From Cyanophora paradoxa CCMP329 (taxonomy: Eukaryota > Plantae > Glaucophyta): 64,000 bases of DNA. The DNA lies in the NCBI GenBank assembly GCA_004431415.1, contig QPMI01000062.1, positions 530,339 through 594,338 of the forward strand, in the 5' to 3' direction. The notes below the pieces were generated by a model that was given only the letters and a program-made list of their open reading frames with translations, had not been told where the DNA came from and made no database searches. Position 1 is the stretch's first letter. Each line of letters opens with the position of its first letter. Shown in pieces: positions 37,042 to 48,306 of this stretch. A program made the translations under genes and the position numbers.

Positions 37042-37520
37042 GGCGGCGCGGCTCGCCGGGCGGGGCGGAGGCGCGGCGGGCGGCGGCGCGGCTCTCTGGG
37101 CGGGGCGCAGGCGCGGCGGGCGGCCGCGGCGGCGCGGCTCGCCGGCTGTGGCGGAGGCGCAGCGGGTGGCGGCGCGGGTCGCTGGGCGGGGCGGAGGCGC
37201 GGCGAACGGCTGCCGAGCGGCGCCGCTCACTGGGCTGGGCAGGGCGCAGGTGCGGCGGGCGGCGGCGCGGCGCCGGCTCGCCGGCTGTGGCGGAGGCGCG
37301 GCGGGCGGCGGCGCGGGCCCCGGGCCGGGGTCGCGATCGCCGGGCGAGGCCCGGGGCCAAGGCCGGGCGCAGCCGGCGGCGGCGCGGCTCGGCGGGCGGG
37401 TGGAGGCGCGGCGCCAGCGAGCGGCGGTGCGGCTCGCCGCCTGCGGTGGAGGCGCGGCGGGCGGCGGCGCGGCTCGGCGGGCGGGCGGGCCTCGGAGGCA
37501 CGTCGGGTGGCGGCGCGGCG
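37042..37520. repeat. Degenerate GC-rich minisatellite (unit approx. GGCGGCGCGGCTCGCCGGCTGTGGCGGAGGCGCGGCGGGC)
   Basis: GGCGGCGCGGCTC and GGAGGCGCGGCG recur many times in this span. Confidence 0.7.
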
Positions 37521-38001
37521 TGCAGGGCTTTGTGTTCCAGTCACTGAGTTCCAGCCTGCAGCTGCCGTCTTTGTTTATTTATTGGGGAAGGGAAAATCAC
37601 TTCCCCTGTCCCTGTCCCTCGGGCCCAACCCTACCCCAAATCCCATTTCCCCGACCTCCGCAAAACCCGGGCCGCGCGGTACACGCTGAAAGCCCATCCC
37701 CAGGGGACCCCGAAACCGTGTCTCCCGGTCCCGTCCGACCAAAGGGTGATCCAGGAACAGGCACCAACACCCGGGACAAAAAGGGGTCCAGCGAGGCACA
37801 TGGAGCATATATACGGGCCGGACCAGTTCGAGGTCAATGCTTGCATTATGCCCGACATTCCGTACTGGAAGAGCGAGGCCGGGCGCGAGCGCGGTCGCGT
37901 AGGAGGACGCCGCGCGTGCTAGCCAATCGCATTGGAGAGTGCGAACTTACCCTGCGGAAAGTCTTTTTGCGGTACCCGCACGATCTCCCGCGCTCGCTGC
38001 A

Positions 38002-38896
38002 ATGAGCCTCCCACGCTCCGGCCGCCCGAGCGGCAGCGGCGGCGCGAAGCCACCGCCGGGCATCGCCATCGGAGTCGATATCGAGCCGGCCAGCAAGCCC
38101 TGCAGTCAGCCAGGCTGCGGCGGATCTAGGCAGAAGTACGGCGGCAAGTGCCTGCACTGCGGCCAGCACTTCTGCACGAGGGACGCGCTTTACAGTCATG
38201 TGCTGCGATGTAGACATCCGGCGGCAAGCAGCGCAGCCGTGAAAACCCGGGCAGCTGGCGCCCACGCGTTCAGCGAGCGGCCTGAGTGCGGGGACTGTCC
38301 GACGGTCAGCAGAAGAGCAAAGCCACCGGCAGCAAAGACGTGTGGGGCTGTGACCTCTGCGCTGCCCACTTCGTGCGCTTCGGCCCGGCGAAGGTGGTGG
38401 CACACCACGCAACTGCATCCTGTGAAAAGAACCGCTTACGTGGTACGCGGTCATTATGCTTTCGAAGCGTTCGAAACTTACCTTTTCGCTACGTGTATAC
38501 GCTGTCGCAGATGAGCCGGAGCTGCAGAGCATCGCTGCGCGCGCGCGCGGAAGCCACGACCGCCGCCTCGGCGCCTGTACACGTCGGTCCGCGAGGCGCA
38601 CCAAGTGCTCGACTTGCGATGCGAGCTCACAGCGCTCAATCGCAGAGCACGGGCAGCCGGCTGCTGCGGGATCGATTCCGCCTGCTGGCAGTCACAACCT
38701 CGCCTCGCGGCGCGGCTGCAATCGCTGCACGGACAAGCAGCTGCAAGCGGCGGCCGGTGCGAACGTCTGGGGCTGCGACTACTGCGGCGAGCACTACGTC
38801 GGCTACAAACCATCGCGCGTACACGCGCATTTCAAGACTTGCAAGAAGCGAGGCACAGCCAGTGCAGGTAAGCCAGGCCAGCGCACAGCTCTCTAG
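38002..38896 (+). pseudogene. Multi-zinc-finger ORF (BED-like W-x-C-x2-C..H..C fingers), frameshifted
   Basis: KCLHCGQHFCTRDALYSHVLRC; VWGCDLCAAHF..VVAHHATASC; VWGCDYCGEHY..VHAHFKTC, lying in different frames; apparent 1-nt deletion near 38298. Confidence 0.55.
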
Positions 38897-38959
38897 CCGG
38901 CGCTGCCGCACATCTCATTCCTATACTTTCCTTTGCACAAGAAGAGTCTGGGCAGGCGA

Positions 38960-39900
38960 ATGAAGTCCCCTGGCCGCAGCCAAGTTTACCAGCTCGACTA
39001 CCAGGCCGGCGACAAGCTTCAGCTCGTCTACACTACCTTTGAGTCGGACCTTAAGGGTTCGTGGGTCTCTCCGTGCTCTGCCTCAGTCTGCCCTTGCTGA
39101 GCTCTCCCTCAGATGGCCACGTCCACTTCATCCCCCGGCAGTACACTCGGGAGTACGTGATCACGGCCAAGGACGAGAAGACCCAGGCGCTTGACGCCCT
39201 CAACGACGCATTCCGGTGGGCACTTTCCACCCCTCTCCCGCGTTTGTTTGCTTTCGTGTGCCCACCGCCGTCCCTGCAGGAACGGCACGGCCACTCTGCA
39301 GTCCGGCCCCAAGTCCTGCCTGGTGATGCCGGCCCCGCCTGCCCCGATTGCGGCCCTGCCTGCGCCACAGCTGCCCGAGGACGACGACGAGTGCGTCCCT
39401 CTTTCTTGCTCCCGGATGCTCCATCGCTCCTCAATCCCAGCCCGCAGGGATACGCCAAAGCGCCGCTCGGGTGGCCGCAAGGCCACCGTGATCTCCTCGG
39501 ACGAGTCCGACAACGCCTCCGCCACCGGGTCTGCCGCCCCTCCGTCTCCTTCCCCGCCCCACCTCCCCCCCCCACCCCCCTTCCCCCACCCCTCCTCCCT
39601 CTCCTTACCCGCTCTGCCCTCAGGGACGACCCCATCGAGGTCTCCTCGGACGAGGAGGGGGCAGCGCCCGAGCTCGACGCCGCCGAGGCGCCAGTCGTGA
39701 AGTCGGCCTCCGCCCCAAAGAAGGCCACAGGCATGAAGGGCCTCATGGCCCTCGCTGCGCCCCGCCTCCTCGGCACCAAGGCCGCGCGCCTCCTGGGCGC
39801 CGGCGTCTCCAAGGGCAAGAAGACCAAGAAGACGGCGGCCCCCAAGGCCGCCAAGTCCAAGGACACCAAGGGCGGAAAGAAGACCAAGGCCGTGCAGTGA
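38960..39900 (+). CDS. Hypothetical spliced protein with acidic middle and Lys-rich tail
   Basis: Five exons join in frame through GT-AG introns: MKSPGRSQVYQLDY..DGHVHFIPRQYTREY..DDPIEVSSDEE..KKTKKTAAPKAAKSKDTKGGKKTKAVQ*. Confidence 0.55.
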
Positions 39901-40702
39901 CAGTGCAGTCCCGCACGGGGCTGCCAAACTGCAGCCCCCCCCGCCCATTTTGTGCGAGTCTTGTGCGCGCTGTGAATGCCAAGCCACTGCAGTGCAACAG
40001 TCCCGTTCACATGATTAAATTCCCTTCCCCGGACCCAACTGACGCGCGCGGCAAGTCAGTGGCTCTTTATCATTAGACCCCACCTTGCACATCCTGAGAC
40101 GAGCAGGGGGCGGGGGCGAGTCCGACGGTCGAAGACCTAGTACAATCCGATGCATGAATCAGTGATCGATCTGCAGCGCAGCTGCCGCATGCAGCGCTAG
40201 CTGCAGTGCAACCGGATCCCGTGGCCGCGGCCGGAGCCTCGGAGGAGCACCTTGCGAGGAGCTCGAGAATTGATCGAAAGTCATGATCATGAAACTTACT
40301 GAGTTATAATCAAAGGGCAACTTCAAGGCTTGCAAAAAAGTGACTCAGTGATGAACTTCGGAAAGCAGCAATTCTAGATCTGTGCAGAAAATTCTGTGCA
40401 ATACTAAGCTATATCTAGCTATAGCTATAGCTATAGCTACCGTAGTAGTACTAATAATTAAATATTGCGGTAATGATCATGATCATCAAAACAGGGCGAA
40501 AAAATGAAATCAGATTGTTCTGTGCAGGCTACTAAGCTACTTGCAAGTTGGGGAAATGACAAGCTTAAGGTCGCGGACTCGGCGGAGGTTCGCGGCCGCG
40601 CGCGCTGAAGCAGCTCGCGATCGGGCCCCGGGCCTGGCCCGCGGCCGGGGCGGCCGCGGGGGCGCCCGACGTGGAGACCAGGCCCGGACTCGGACGGGCC
40701 CG

Positions 40703-43062
40703 CTAGCCGTAGATCTTGAGGGCGGCACGCTTGGCCTTCTCGCGGAGGATGCTCCCAACTGCGACGTAGGTGCCCGAGGTGGCGCACACGACCCCGAAGA
40801 GGATGATGAGCCTGTTCCACGCCAGCGTTCCCCAGGGGAGGCGGCCCCGGAACGTCCGCAGGTAGCACATCGCCGGCACGAAGACGGAGACCGCCATCTG
40901 CCCGAGCCTCATGATCAGGCGGGTGGGGCCGGAGGCCCAGACCCGGGGTCGAGGGGCGGGCACGGTCATGAAGGAGCCGACGAAGGCGAGGAGGTAGGCG
41001 AAGAAGGGGCAGCACACGGCGACGGCGAGGGAGGCGAAGACGAGGGAGGAGCGGACGGCGACGGAGAAGGCCCGCGCCGCGGGCTTCGACTCGAAGGCGA
41101 CGACCTCCTCCACCGCCAGCCCGATCGGGTTCAGGAAGAGCGACGTCTTCACGACCGCTGTGGCCGCGGGCCGGGTCAGTGAGAGATCAGAGGCCTTCGG
41201 CGTGGACGCAGCCCGCGCACGGTTGACGCAGACGAGGGCCGTGGCGAGGAGGGAGAGGGGGCCCTTGGGGAGGTTCAGCGTGATCTGCTGCTGCGTCTCC
41301 CCGCGGTGCTGGAGCCACCCGACGACCCCCATCGCGGCGTACGCCAGCATGACGACGACGTACGTCACGTCCAGCATCCGCCCGTAGCGGCGCCGCTCGC
41401 GCATCGAGGCGTAGATGCTGGGGAAGACGCCGTGGCCGGTGAAGCTGAAGGTCACGAGGCCGAACATGAGGGGGAGGTTCTGGAGGTTGACGAGGGCGAA
41501 GGCGGGGTCGGCGGGGTCGAGGCCGGCGAGGGCGCCCCCGAAGAGGCCGTCCGAGAGGACGACGAGGAGGAGGAAGAGGGCGGAGGCCATGCCCAGTACG
41601 GAGACGTACGCGAGGCGCGAGAGGTCCCGCAGCCAGGAGGTCGGCAGGATCGCCAGCGAGGAGAGCGCCATGAACAGGTTCACGTACCGCGCCCGCGCCG
41701 CCGCCTCAGCCCCCGGAAAGAAGAGCTGCGGGGGAGGACCAGGGTCGGCGACCGGGGGCGGGGAGCAGGGCGAGGCGAGGGCGGGCGCCTGGGCGAGGTT
41801 GTCGCCCTCGACGATGTAGAAGACGCAGACGGTACAGAAGAGCTCCGTGTAGAGCACCGCCGCCACCCCGAGCCGCCCCGCCCGCCCGAACACCGCCTGC
41901 GCCAGGTCCGGGTACGTCACCACCCCTGCGCGCGACCGTCGGGCTCGGCGGCGGGCGTTGGGGGCGGGGGGGGGGGGGGGGGGGGGCTCGGGGCGCACCG
42001 GGGTACTCCTCGATGCAGTAGATCAGGATCTGGGGTGCGGGGGGTCAGAGAGAGGCCCGGTGGGGCGGCGGCAGCGGGGGCGGGCGCACTTTTCCCGTGT
42101 AGTTCGTGAGGGCTGCGAGAAATCCCAAAAATAGGAGCCCCGCCCAGCCGCTCTTCATCAGCGCGAACGGCAGCGCTAGGATCCCCACCTGTCCCCGACT
42201 AAATTCAAATCCGAACGATAAAGACATGGGCGGGGGCGGTGGCGGGGAGGGCGGACGCCGCAGAGGACGTTGCAGCTATTGAAGACGCTCTGCGTGAATG
42301 TGCTGTGGCCCGCCACCTCGCCCCCGCACTCCAGCTCCCCCAGCAGCGGCGCCCCCTCCCCGTCAATCACGTGCACCTGCGGTACGCCCCGCCGCGCGTC
42401 AGCTGCAGCTGCAGCCGCGCCTGCGGCAGCTGCGGCAGCTACTTTGAGCAGCTCGCCTTTTCGTGGGCCTGCGCGGGTGGCCCAGTGGACCCGTATCCGA
42501 CGACGATTGGCGTCGCCCGCCTCACGGGCCCAGGCGTGTGCGCGCATGCCGCCCGGCGGCGCCGCTGAGGCTGCGCGCCAGGAGGGACGAACCCAGATGG
42601 AACGAGGAAGGCCAGCCCATGTCTGTCCTGTTGGGCGTTGCTTGTGCCGCCGGAAACCCCTCCGGCGCCGCCCGCCCGGGCGTGACTGTCGGTACTGCGA
42701 GGGCGTTCGTCATCGCCGCTGGCCGATCGCTGCCTCAGGAGCGAGGATGCTGCAAGATGCACTGCAAATCACGGCCGCCTGAAGTGATTAAAGGCGCGGA
42801 GCGCCTTTTCGAGCCGGACGTGGATCCGGACGTGCCCATTGCAGGGGGCTCGCCGCTGGCTGGGCGACGTACGCTGCTGGAAATGCTGCGTACATGAACA
42901 TGCGTGAACAGGCCCACACGTCGAAGCGGCTCGATCGATCCGGGCCGATCGGCGCGGCCGGCGGCCGCCGCTGCAGCTGCGTCCGCACCCCTTCCCCCCC
43001 CCTCCCTCCCCCCCCCCACAAGCAACCCAGGCTCGACTCCTCGTAAGGCTATTTGCAGCCAT
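40703..43062 (-). CDS. Vacuolar amino acid transporter, AVT1-like (Aa_trans family); start uncertain
   Basis: STFTQSVFNSCNVLCGVGILALPFALMKSGW, TNYTGK, TYPDLAQAVFG, LRDLSRLAYVS, FSFTGHGVFPSIYASM; many TM segments. Confidence 0.88.
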
Positions 43063-43275
43063 CGTTCAGCCCGCACGCGTAGAGAGCTCCGAGAGCGTCG
43101 GAGTGCACAGGAACGCCAACATCTAGCGGCCGGAACGTTTGCTAGCTCGCGAGTTCAGACCGGCGGGAGGAGAACCAGAGAGTCCTGCAGCCGCATTCCG
43201 CCGGCTGGGAGTTCGGCGCAGCGGAGGAGGCGATCATTCCTTGCATCTTGAGACGGTCAACAGGCAGCCGCCGGC

Positions 43276-44555
43276 ATGGCGGACGACTTGGAGGTTCGAA
43301 CGAACCCTCATCGCCGCGCTTCGCCGATCCTGACTGTGCTTTGCCTTCGCCCGTTCATTGGCACAGTACTATGACTCCGGTACGCCTTCCGGAGCGCGCC
43401 ACACGCCCCTCCAGCGCCGCTGACGCTTGCCCCTCGTTTTGCAGAGCTCAGCGCCCTCGTGGCCGACTGCGAAAAGGACCTTGCGAAGCTGCAGAAGCAG
43501 AAGGGCGCAAGAAGGTCCGAAACTATTGATGGGCTCAAGGAGAAGATGGCGCGGATGAAAGACAACTTGAAGAGCTTGAACATCGAAGTCCGCGACCTGC
43601 CGAAGAACGAGAAGCAGCTGAAGTACAAAAAGGTAATGTACGCGATATTACTCCTGCTCCCGGAGCCCTTAGCGGCCCGCCTCCGCTGCCCGCAGAAAGC
43701 TACCGAGTACGACCAGAAGATCAAGGAGTTCCAGAACCAGCTGCAGTGGGCGAAGTCGTCGGACGAAAAGTCCCAGCTAATGTCTGGAGCCGCCGCGACG
43801 AAGAAGCCCGTAGGAGAGAAGCAGAAGGCGGCGATGCGGGCAGCCGAAGAAAGTACGCCTGTGCCGCAAGGCCGCCAGCCCGCGCGCTAACTCGCTGGCC
43901 GCCGCAGAGGCGATGGAGGAGGCGGATCCTGACACGCTGGACGGGAAGCAGCTCATCCAGGTGGCAGAGCGGACGCAGGAGAAGTCGAAGAAGTCCATCA
44001 CCAACATGAAGCGCCTCGTCGCCGAGGCCGAGACCGTGCGCCCGCCAGGTTCCCGCGCCCGCGTGCCAAAATTTCGCCTCATTTTCCTTTGTCCTCTCCG
44101 AACGGCAGGTCGGCGCGGCGACGAACGTGAAGCTGCAGGAGCAGACGGACCAGATGCGGAGGATAGGGGAGGGCCTGGACCAGGTGGAGAGCAACCTGAA
44201 GCGGGCGGAGAAGCAGATCCGGGTGATCGCGCGGGGCATCGCGCGGGACAAGATCGCGTGGGTCTTCCTCGTCCTCATCCTGGGCGCCATCGGCTTCATC
44301 ATCTACTGGAAGGTCGCCAAGAAGGGCGGCAGCGACCAGATCCTCGGCCTCGACGCCCTCTCCTCCCAAGTCTGCAAGAATCTCATCGCGCAGGGGGCCA
44401 CTTCCCTCCCCGCCTCCTGCCGCTCCGCGCCCACGCCCCTCCCCTCCGCCTCCTCCTCGTCGACCTCCTCCTCTTCCACGTCCTCCTCCACGCCCGTGCA
44501 GGTGCAGCCGGCCACCACGCGCGCCCTCTCCCACTTCCGCCTCCGCGGCTACTAG
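43276..44555 (+). CDS. Qb-SNARE of NPSN type with extended lumenal tail
   Basis: Helical N-terminus MADDLEYYDSELSAL (13-nt micro-exon 43367-43379), SNARE helix VGAATNVKLQEQTDQMRRI..IARGIARDK, then TM IAWVFLVLILGAIGFIIYW. Confidence 0.82.
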
Positions 44556-45053
44556 GGGCGCCCTCCCCCGGCCCCGTACCCGCCCCCCGAGCTGTGTGCT
44601 TCCCCTTCACTTCAACCCGCACCATGTACCATGAACCCTCTCACGACCCTTCGAATTCGTGCCCCGCGTTCCTCTCATGATCACTCTTCTCACCTTGCGC
44701 GTTCCCGGAGGAGTGCCTCAAGGGCGCGCGCTGGGTGCCACGGCCTTTGTGGCCATGTGGCTGGACCTGCCAGCTGCAGGCCGGTGGCTAGCTGGGTCGG
44801 GCTGCGCATGCATGTACGTATACGTGCACGCGTACGTGGGCGGCCCGGGCTGGGCGGGGACGGCCGCGCGAGGGCAGGACGAGGCCAGAGGGTCCGGCCG
44901 CGGCCCAGACTCGCGAGAACCGCAATTGCAAGTCGCGGCCGGCCCATCGGCTCATCATCAGCTAGCGCTGCTGTTGGCCGCCGGGCCGAAGGCCGAAACG
45001 AAGGCGGAAACGAGTCAGTATCCCCTGTAGGGTCATTCCCCCCTGCTGAAAAG

Positions 45054-47680
45054 ATGGCACGTCAACGGCGGGCAAAGCGGGCGCGTACGGCGCAGGATGA
45101 TGCAGAAGGTAAATCAGAGAGCCGGTTAGAGCGCTCAAAGCGCCCCCCGTCGTCCGAGGGGCGCGCTCAGCATCGAATTCTCATTCGTCGGTAGCAGGCG
45201 ATGCGGCCGCGGGCGAATCGAGCGCGCAGAGTGGACCGCATGCTACTGCGTCGAATAACGTGGCGGCAGCGCCCGCTGGAGGTGCGTTCGCAGGCGAATG
45301 CGCACCTTTAAAAGATCGTCGTCTCCTGCCCTCGCACGCGGCCTCAGTGCTGATCCTTCGCCCTTCTCGTAACGCGCATTAGATTCTGCTGTCGCGGGGG
45401 ACGGGTCGGGCAGCGCATCTGCAGCGTCCAGCTGCAGCGTGGAGGCCGCGGGCACTAGCTCTGTTGACCTGGTGCCGGACGACCGGCAGGCAAAGCGGGC
45501 GCGTACGGCGCAGAATGATGCAGAAGGTGAATCAGAGAGCGGGTTGGAGCGCTCGAAGCGCCCCCGGTTGTCCGAGGGGCGCTCTCAGCATCGAATTCTC
45601 ATTCGTCGGTCGCAGGCGATGCGGCCGCGGGCGAATCGAGCGCGCAGAGTGGACCGCATGCTACTGCGTCGAATAACGTGGCGGCAGCGCCCGCTGGAGG
45701 TGCGTTCGCAGGCGAATGCGCACCTTTAAAAGATCGTCGTCTCCTGCCCTCGCACGCGGCCTCAGTGCTGATCCTTCCTGCTTCACGTAACGCGCATTAG
45801 GTCCTGCTGCCGCGAGGGACGGGTCGGGCAGCGCATCTGCAGTGATCAGCGTGGAGGCCGCAATCGCGGCCGGCAGAAGCCCTGTCGATGTGGTGCCGGA
45901 CGACCTTGTAAGGTACATCCTGCTCCTCACGGCGCGGTGGGAGAGCGACAAGCCCAGCCCGCGGGTTTGCAAGGGCCACTCGCCGCTGGAGCCGAAGGGC
46001 GGCGAGCTCGACGTGTCGCCGGCCCGCCTAGCTCCGTTGAAGGCCGTCTGCCGGCGCTTCCGGCGCCTCGTGGACGGCGCTGGCGAGCAGGCCCGCGTGA
46101 TGCACGTGCTGGAGGAGCCGGACAACGCGGCGGTGCTGGCGCTCGCCAGGCTGCCGAGGAAGGCGCGGGCGGCGGTGCGGCGGGTCGCCGTGCGGGAGGG
46201 CACCGTGACGCCCGCGACCTACCGGAAGCTCTTCTCGGCGCTGCGGCAGCAGCTGGAGGAGTACCATCTCACCATGTTCTCCGGGCACGACCGCGCCGCC
46301 ACGCAGGCGCAGTTCGATGCGGTCGCCGCGGTGGGGCACCTCTCCGCCCTCCGCAAGCTCTACGTAGGCCTGAGCCCCGAGTCGCTCGTCTCGCCCGGCA
46401 TCTTCTCGGGCCCCTCCTTCCTGCAGCCCCTCTCCATGCTCCAGCGCCTCTCCGGCCTCCAGGTCCGCCCGCGGCGCCTCGCGATCACCTCGCGGCCCCA
46501 GACTCATCACGTTTCCGCCGCAGGAGCTCGAGCTGAACATGCCGCTGCCCGTGTCGGTCCTTGAGGGCCTCGTCGGGCCCCTCGCGCCCTCCCTCCGCGC
46601 CCTCACTTTCGAGGCGGCGGTGCGGACCGTGACGCCCCCGGGGGCCCTCTTCGCGGTGGCGGGCCGCCTCCCGCTCCTCGAGCGCCTCGACCTCTCGTTC
46701 TTCAACGAGGACGTCTGCAAGCGGAAGTGGCCGCTCGCCCGCGAGGCCGACCTGTGCTTCCTCTGCGCCCTCCAGCACGTGAAGTGTCCGTTTCGCCCCG
46801 CCCCTCTCCGCTCCTGGGTCTCTGCTCACGGCTCGCGATCGCGGGGCAGCCCTGGAGCTCGGCTGCAACCTCGACTGGTTGGGCTTCCTCGAGTCCATGC
46901 CCAAGCTGGAGCACATGACGGTGAACGTGCAGGGCGACGTGGACGCGGCGCCCGTCGCCGCCGCGAAGTCCCTCCGCTCGGTCACCCTCTCCAACGCCGG
47001 CACCAACGCGGTGGCCGGGAGCCAGCCGTGGTCCTTTCTCAACGCGATCACGGGTCTGAAGACGCTCGAGGTGCCGCCTCTAACCTCTATGCGTCTCATG
47101 GAAGCCGCTCAATGCCCCGCAGGCCCTCCAGCTCCAGCTGCACACCGCCTGCTTCGAGCACCTCGCGAAGACCGACCTCTCCGCGTGGGGCGCCGGCCTC
47201 TCCCGCCTCGTCGTCGGCATGAACGAGGACGACGGGGCGACCTTCCCGGCATCCCTCCTGAAGGCTCGTACCCCTGCGCCTCGCCCCGCTCCGGGCACTC
47301 AGGCGGGCGGGCGCAGCGGCTGGCTGCGGACGTGCCGACGCTGCGGGTGCTGGAGACGCACGGGCACTGCCCCCTCCCCGTCTCCACCGACCTCCTCGCC
47401 ATCTCCCGCCTCAGCTTCCTCAGGGAGCTCATCGTGCGGACCCACCGCCCGCCCCGCCCCGCCCCGCACCCTCCGCGCCGGCCCGCGCCGCGACCAGCCT
47501 CGCCCGCAGGTGGACGAGGCAGTGCTGGAGGAGTACGAGCTGGGGCGGTCGCAGCGGGAGCAGCTGCGCGGCGTCCTCCTCGGCGTCCGCGTCACCTTCA
47601 AGGGCGTGCAGGAGGAGGACGAGGACGAGGACGAGGAGGGCGAGGAGGACGGGGGCGGCGACGGCTCGGCCGAGGAGTAG
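45054..47680 (+). CDS. F-box-like / LRR-like protein
   Basis: VDVVPDDLVRYILL..LKAVCRRFRRLV (F-box-like); repeated LxxLxL segments (LSALRKLYV, LPLLERLDLS, MPKLEHMTV, TGLKTL); acidic C-terminus. Confidence 0.7.
45070..45905 (+). repeat. Tandem duplication of about 418 bp inside the F-box gene
   Basis: 45070-45484 and 45488-45905 align with few substitutions, including introns. Confidence 0.92.
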
Positions 47681-47705
47681 TTGTCTAGTTTTCCGCTCGT
47701 TCCAG

Positions 47706-47759
47706 CCACCAAACCCTGTACATCCACCAAACCTTGTACAGCCTCCAAACCCTGTAAAG
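47706..47759. repeat. 3 x 18-bp tandem repeat (CCACCAAACCCTGTACAT-like)
   Basis: Three imperfect copies just after the stop codon. Confidence 0.8.
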
Positions 47760-48306
47760 CGACGTTGAACATGACCGTTTTTGGACCCGGAGGACCCCGG
47801 GAGCGGTTGCAAGGACGGGGCCGGGCAGGGGCGCGGCGAGGGAGGGGGCGCCGGCGGCTCGATCCGATGATCCGGAGCTCAACTCGGCGAGGCCTAGATG
47901 TTGCAGTGCCGCAGTGCAATATATAATGGCAAGGCGGGGCAGGGCCGCCGGGCAGCAGATCGAGTGTGTATCCACATATGCTACTAGACCAGTGGCTCCC
48001 CCAAAAGGGGAATCCATTGCATCGACTTCACTGTTAATTCGATCGAAAAAAAAGACGCAGGAAGCAAGGGATCAGAGCGGAGCGGAAATCAACCTAGGCG
48101 GAGCGGTGGGGGGAGTGGGGCGCGGGCAGTGGCGGGGCGCGGGGCGGCCTCGCCGCCCGAGGAAGGGGCGAAGGGAGAGAGGGGGAAGAGGGGGGGGGTG
48201 AGGGGGGGGATGGGGGTTGGGGGGGGTTGGGGGGGGGGGGGGGCAGGAAGCAGAACATGGGCGGGCAACGGAGTAAAGCGGGGGCGGAGCGCCCTCGTCT
48301 CAAAAC

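Larger units (their letters stand above)
37582..40068 (+). mobile_element. Putative non-autonomous Helitron2/Helentron-like element
   Basis: 11-bp inverted repeat GGGGAAGGGAA (37584-37594)/TTCCCTTCCCC (40020-40030). The left copy follows TT and folds with CTTCCCC (37600-37606). The right copy is followed by hairpin ACTGAC/GTCAGT (40038-40060) and TTT. T-rich flanks, no TSD. Confidence 0.55.

Noticed and set aside
12000-37500. Long Arg/Gly/Pro/Ala-rich plus-strand ORFs in the ORF track
   Set aside because: Antisense or off-frame shadows of GC-rich coding sequence and repeats.
37631-37858. NWSGPY as a retroelement integrase GPY/F motif
   Set aside because: Isolated short match with no integrase, RT or LTR context.
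37582-40068. Fanzor/TnpB nuclease within the Helitron2-like element
   Set aside because: No RuvC-I/II/III motifs are recognisable in any frame.
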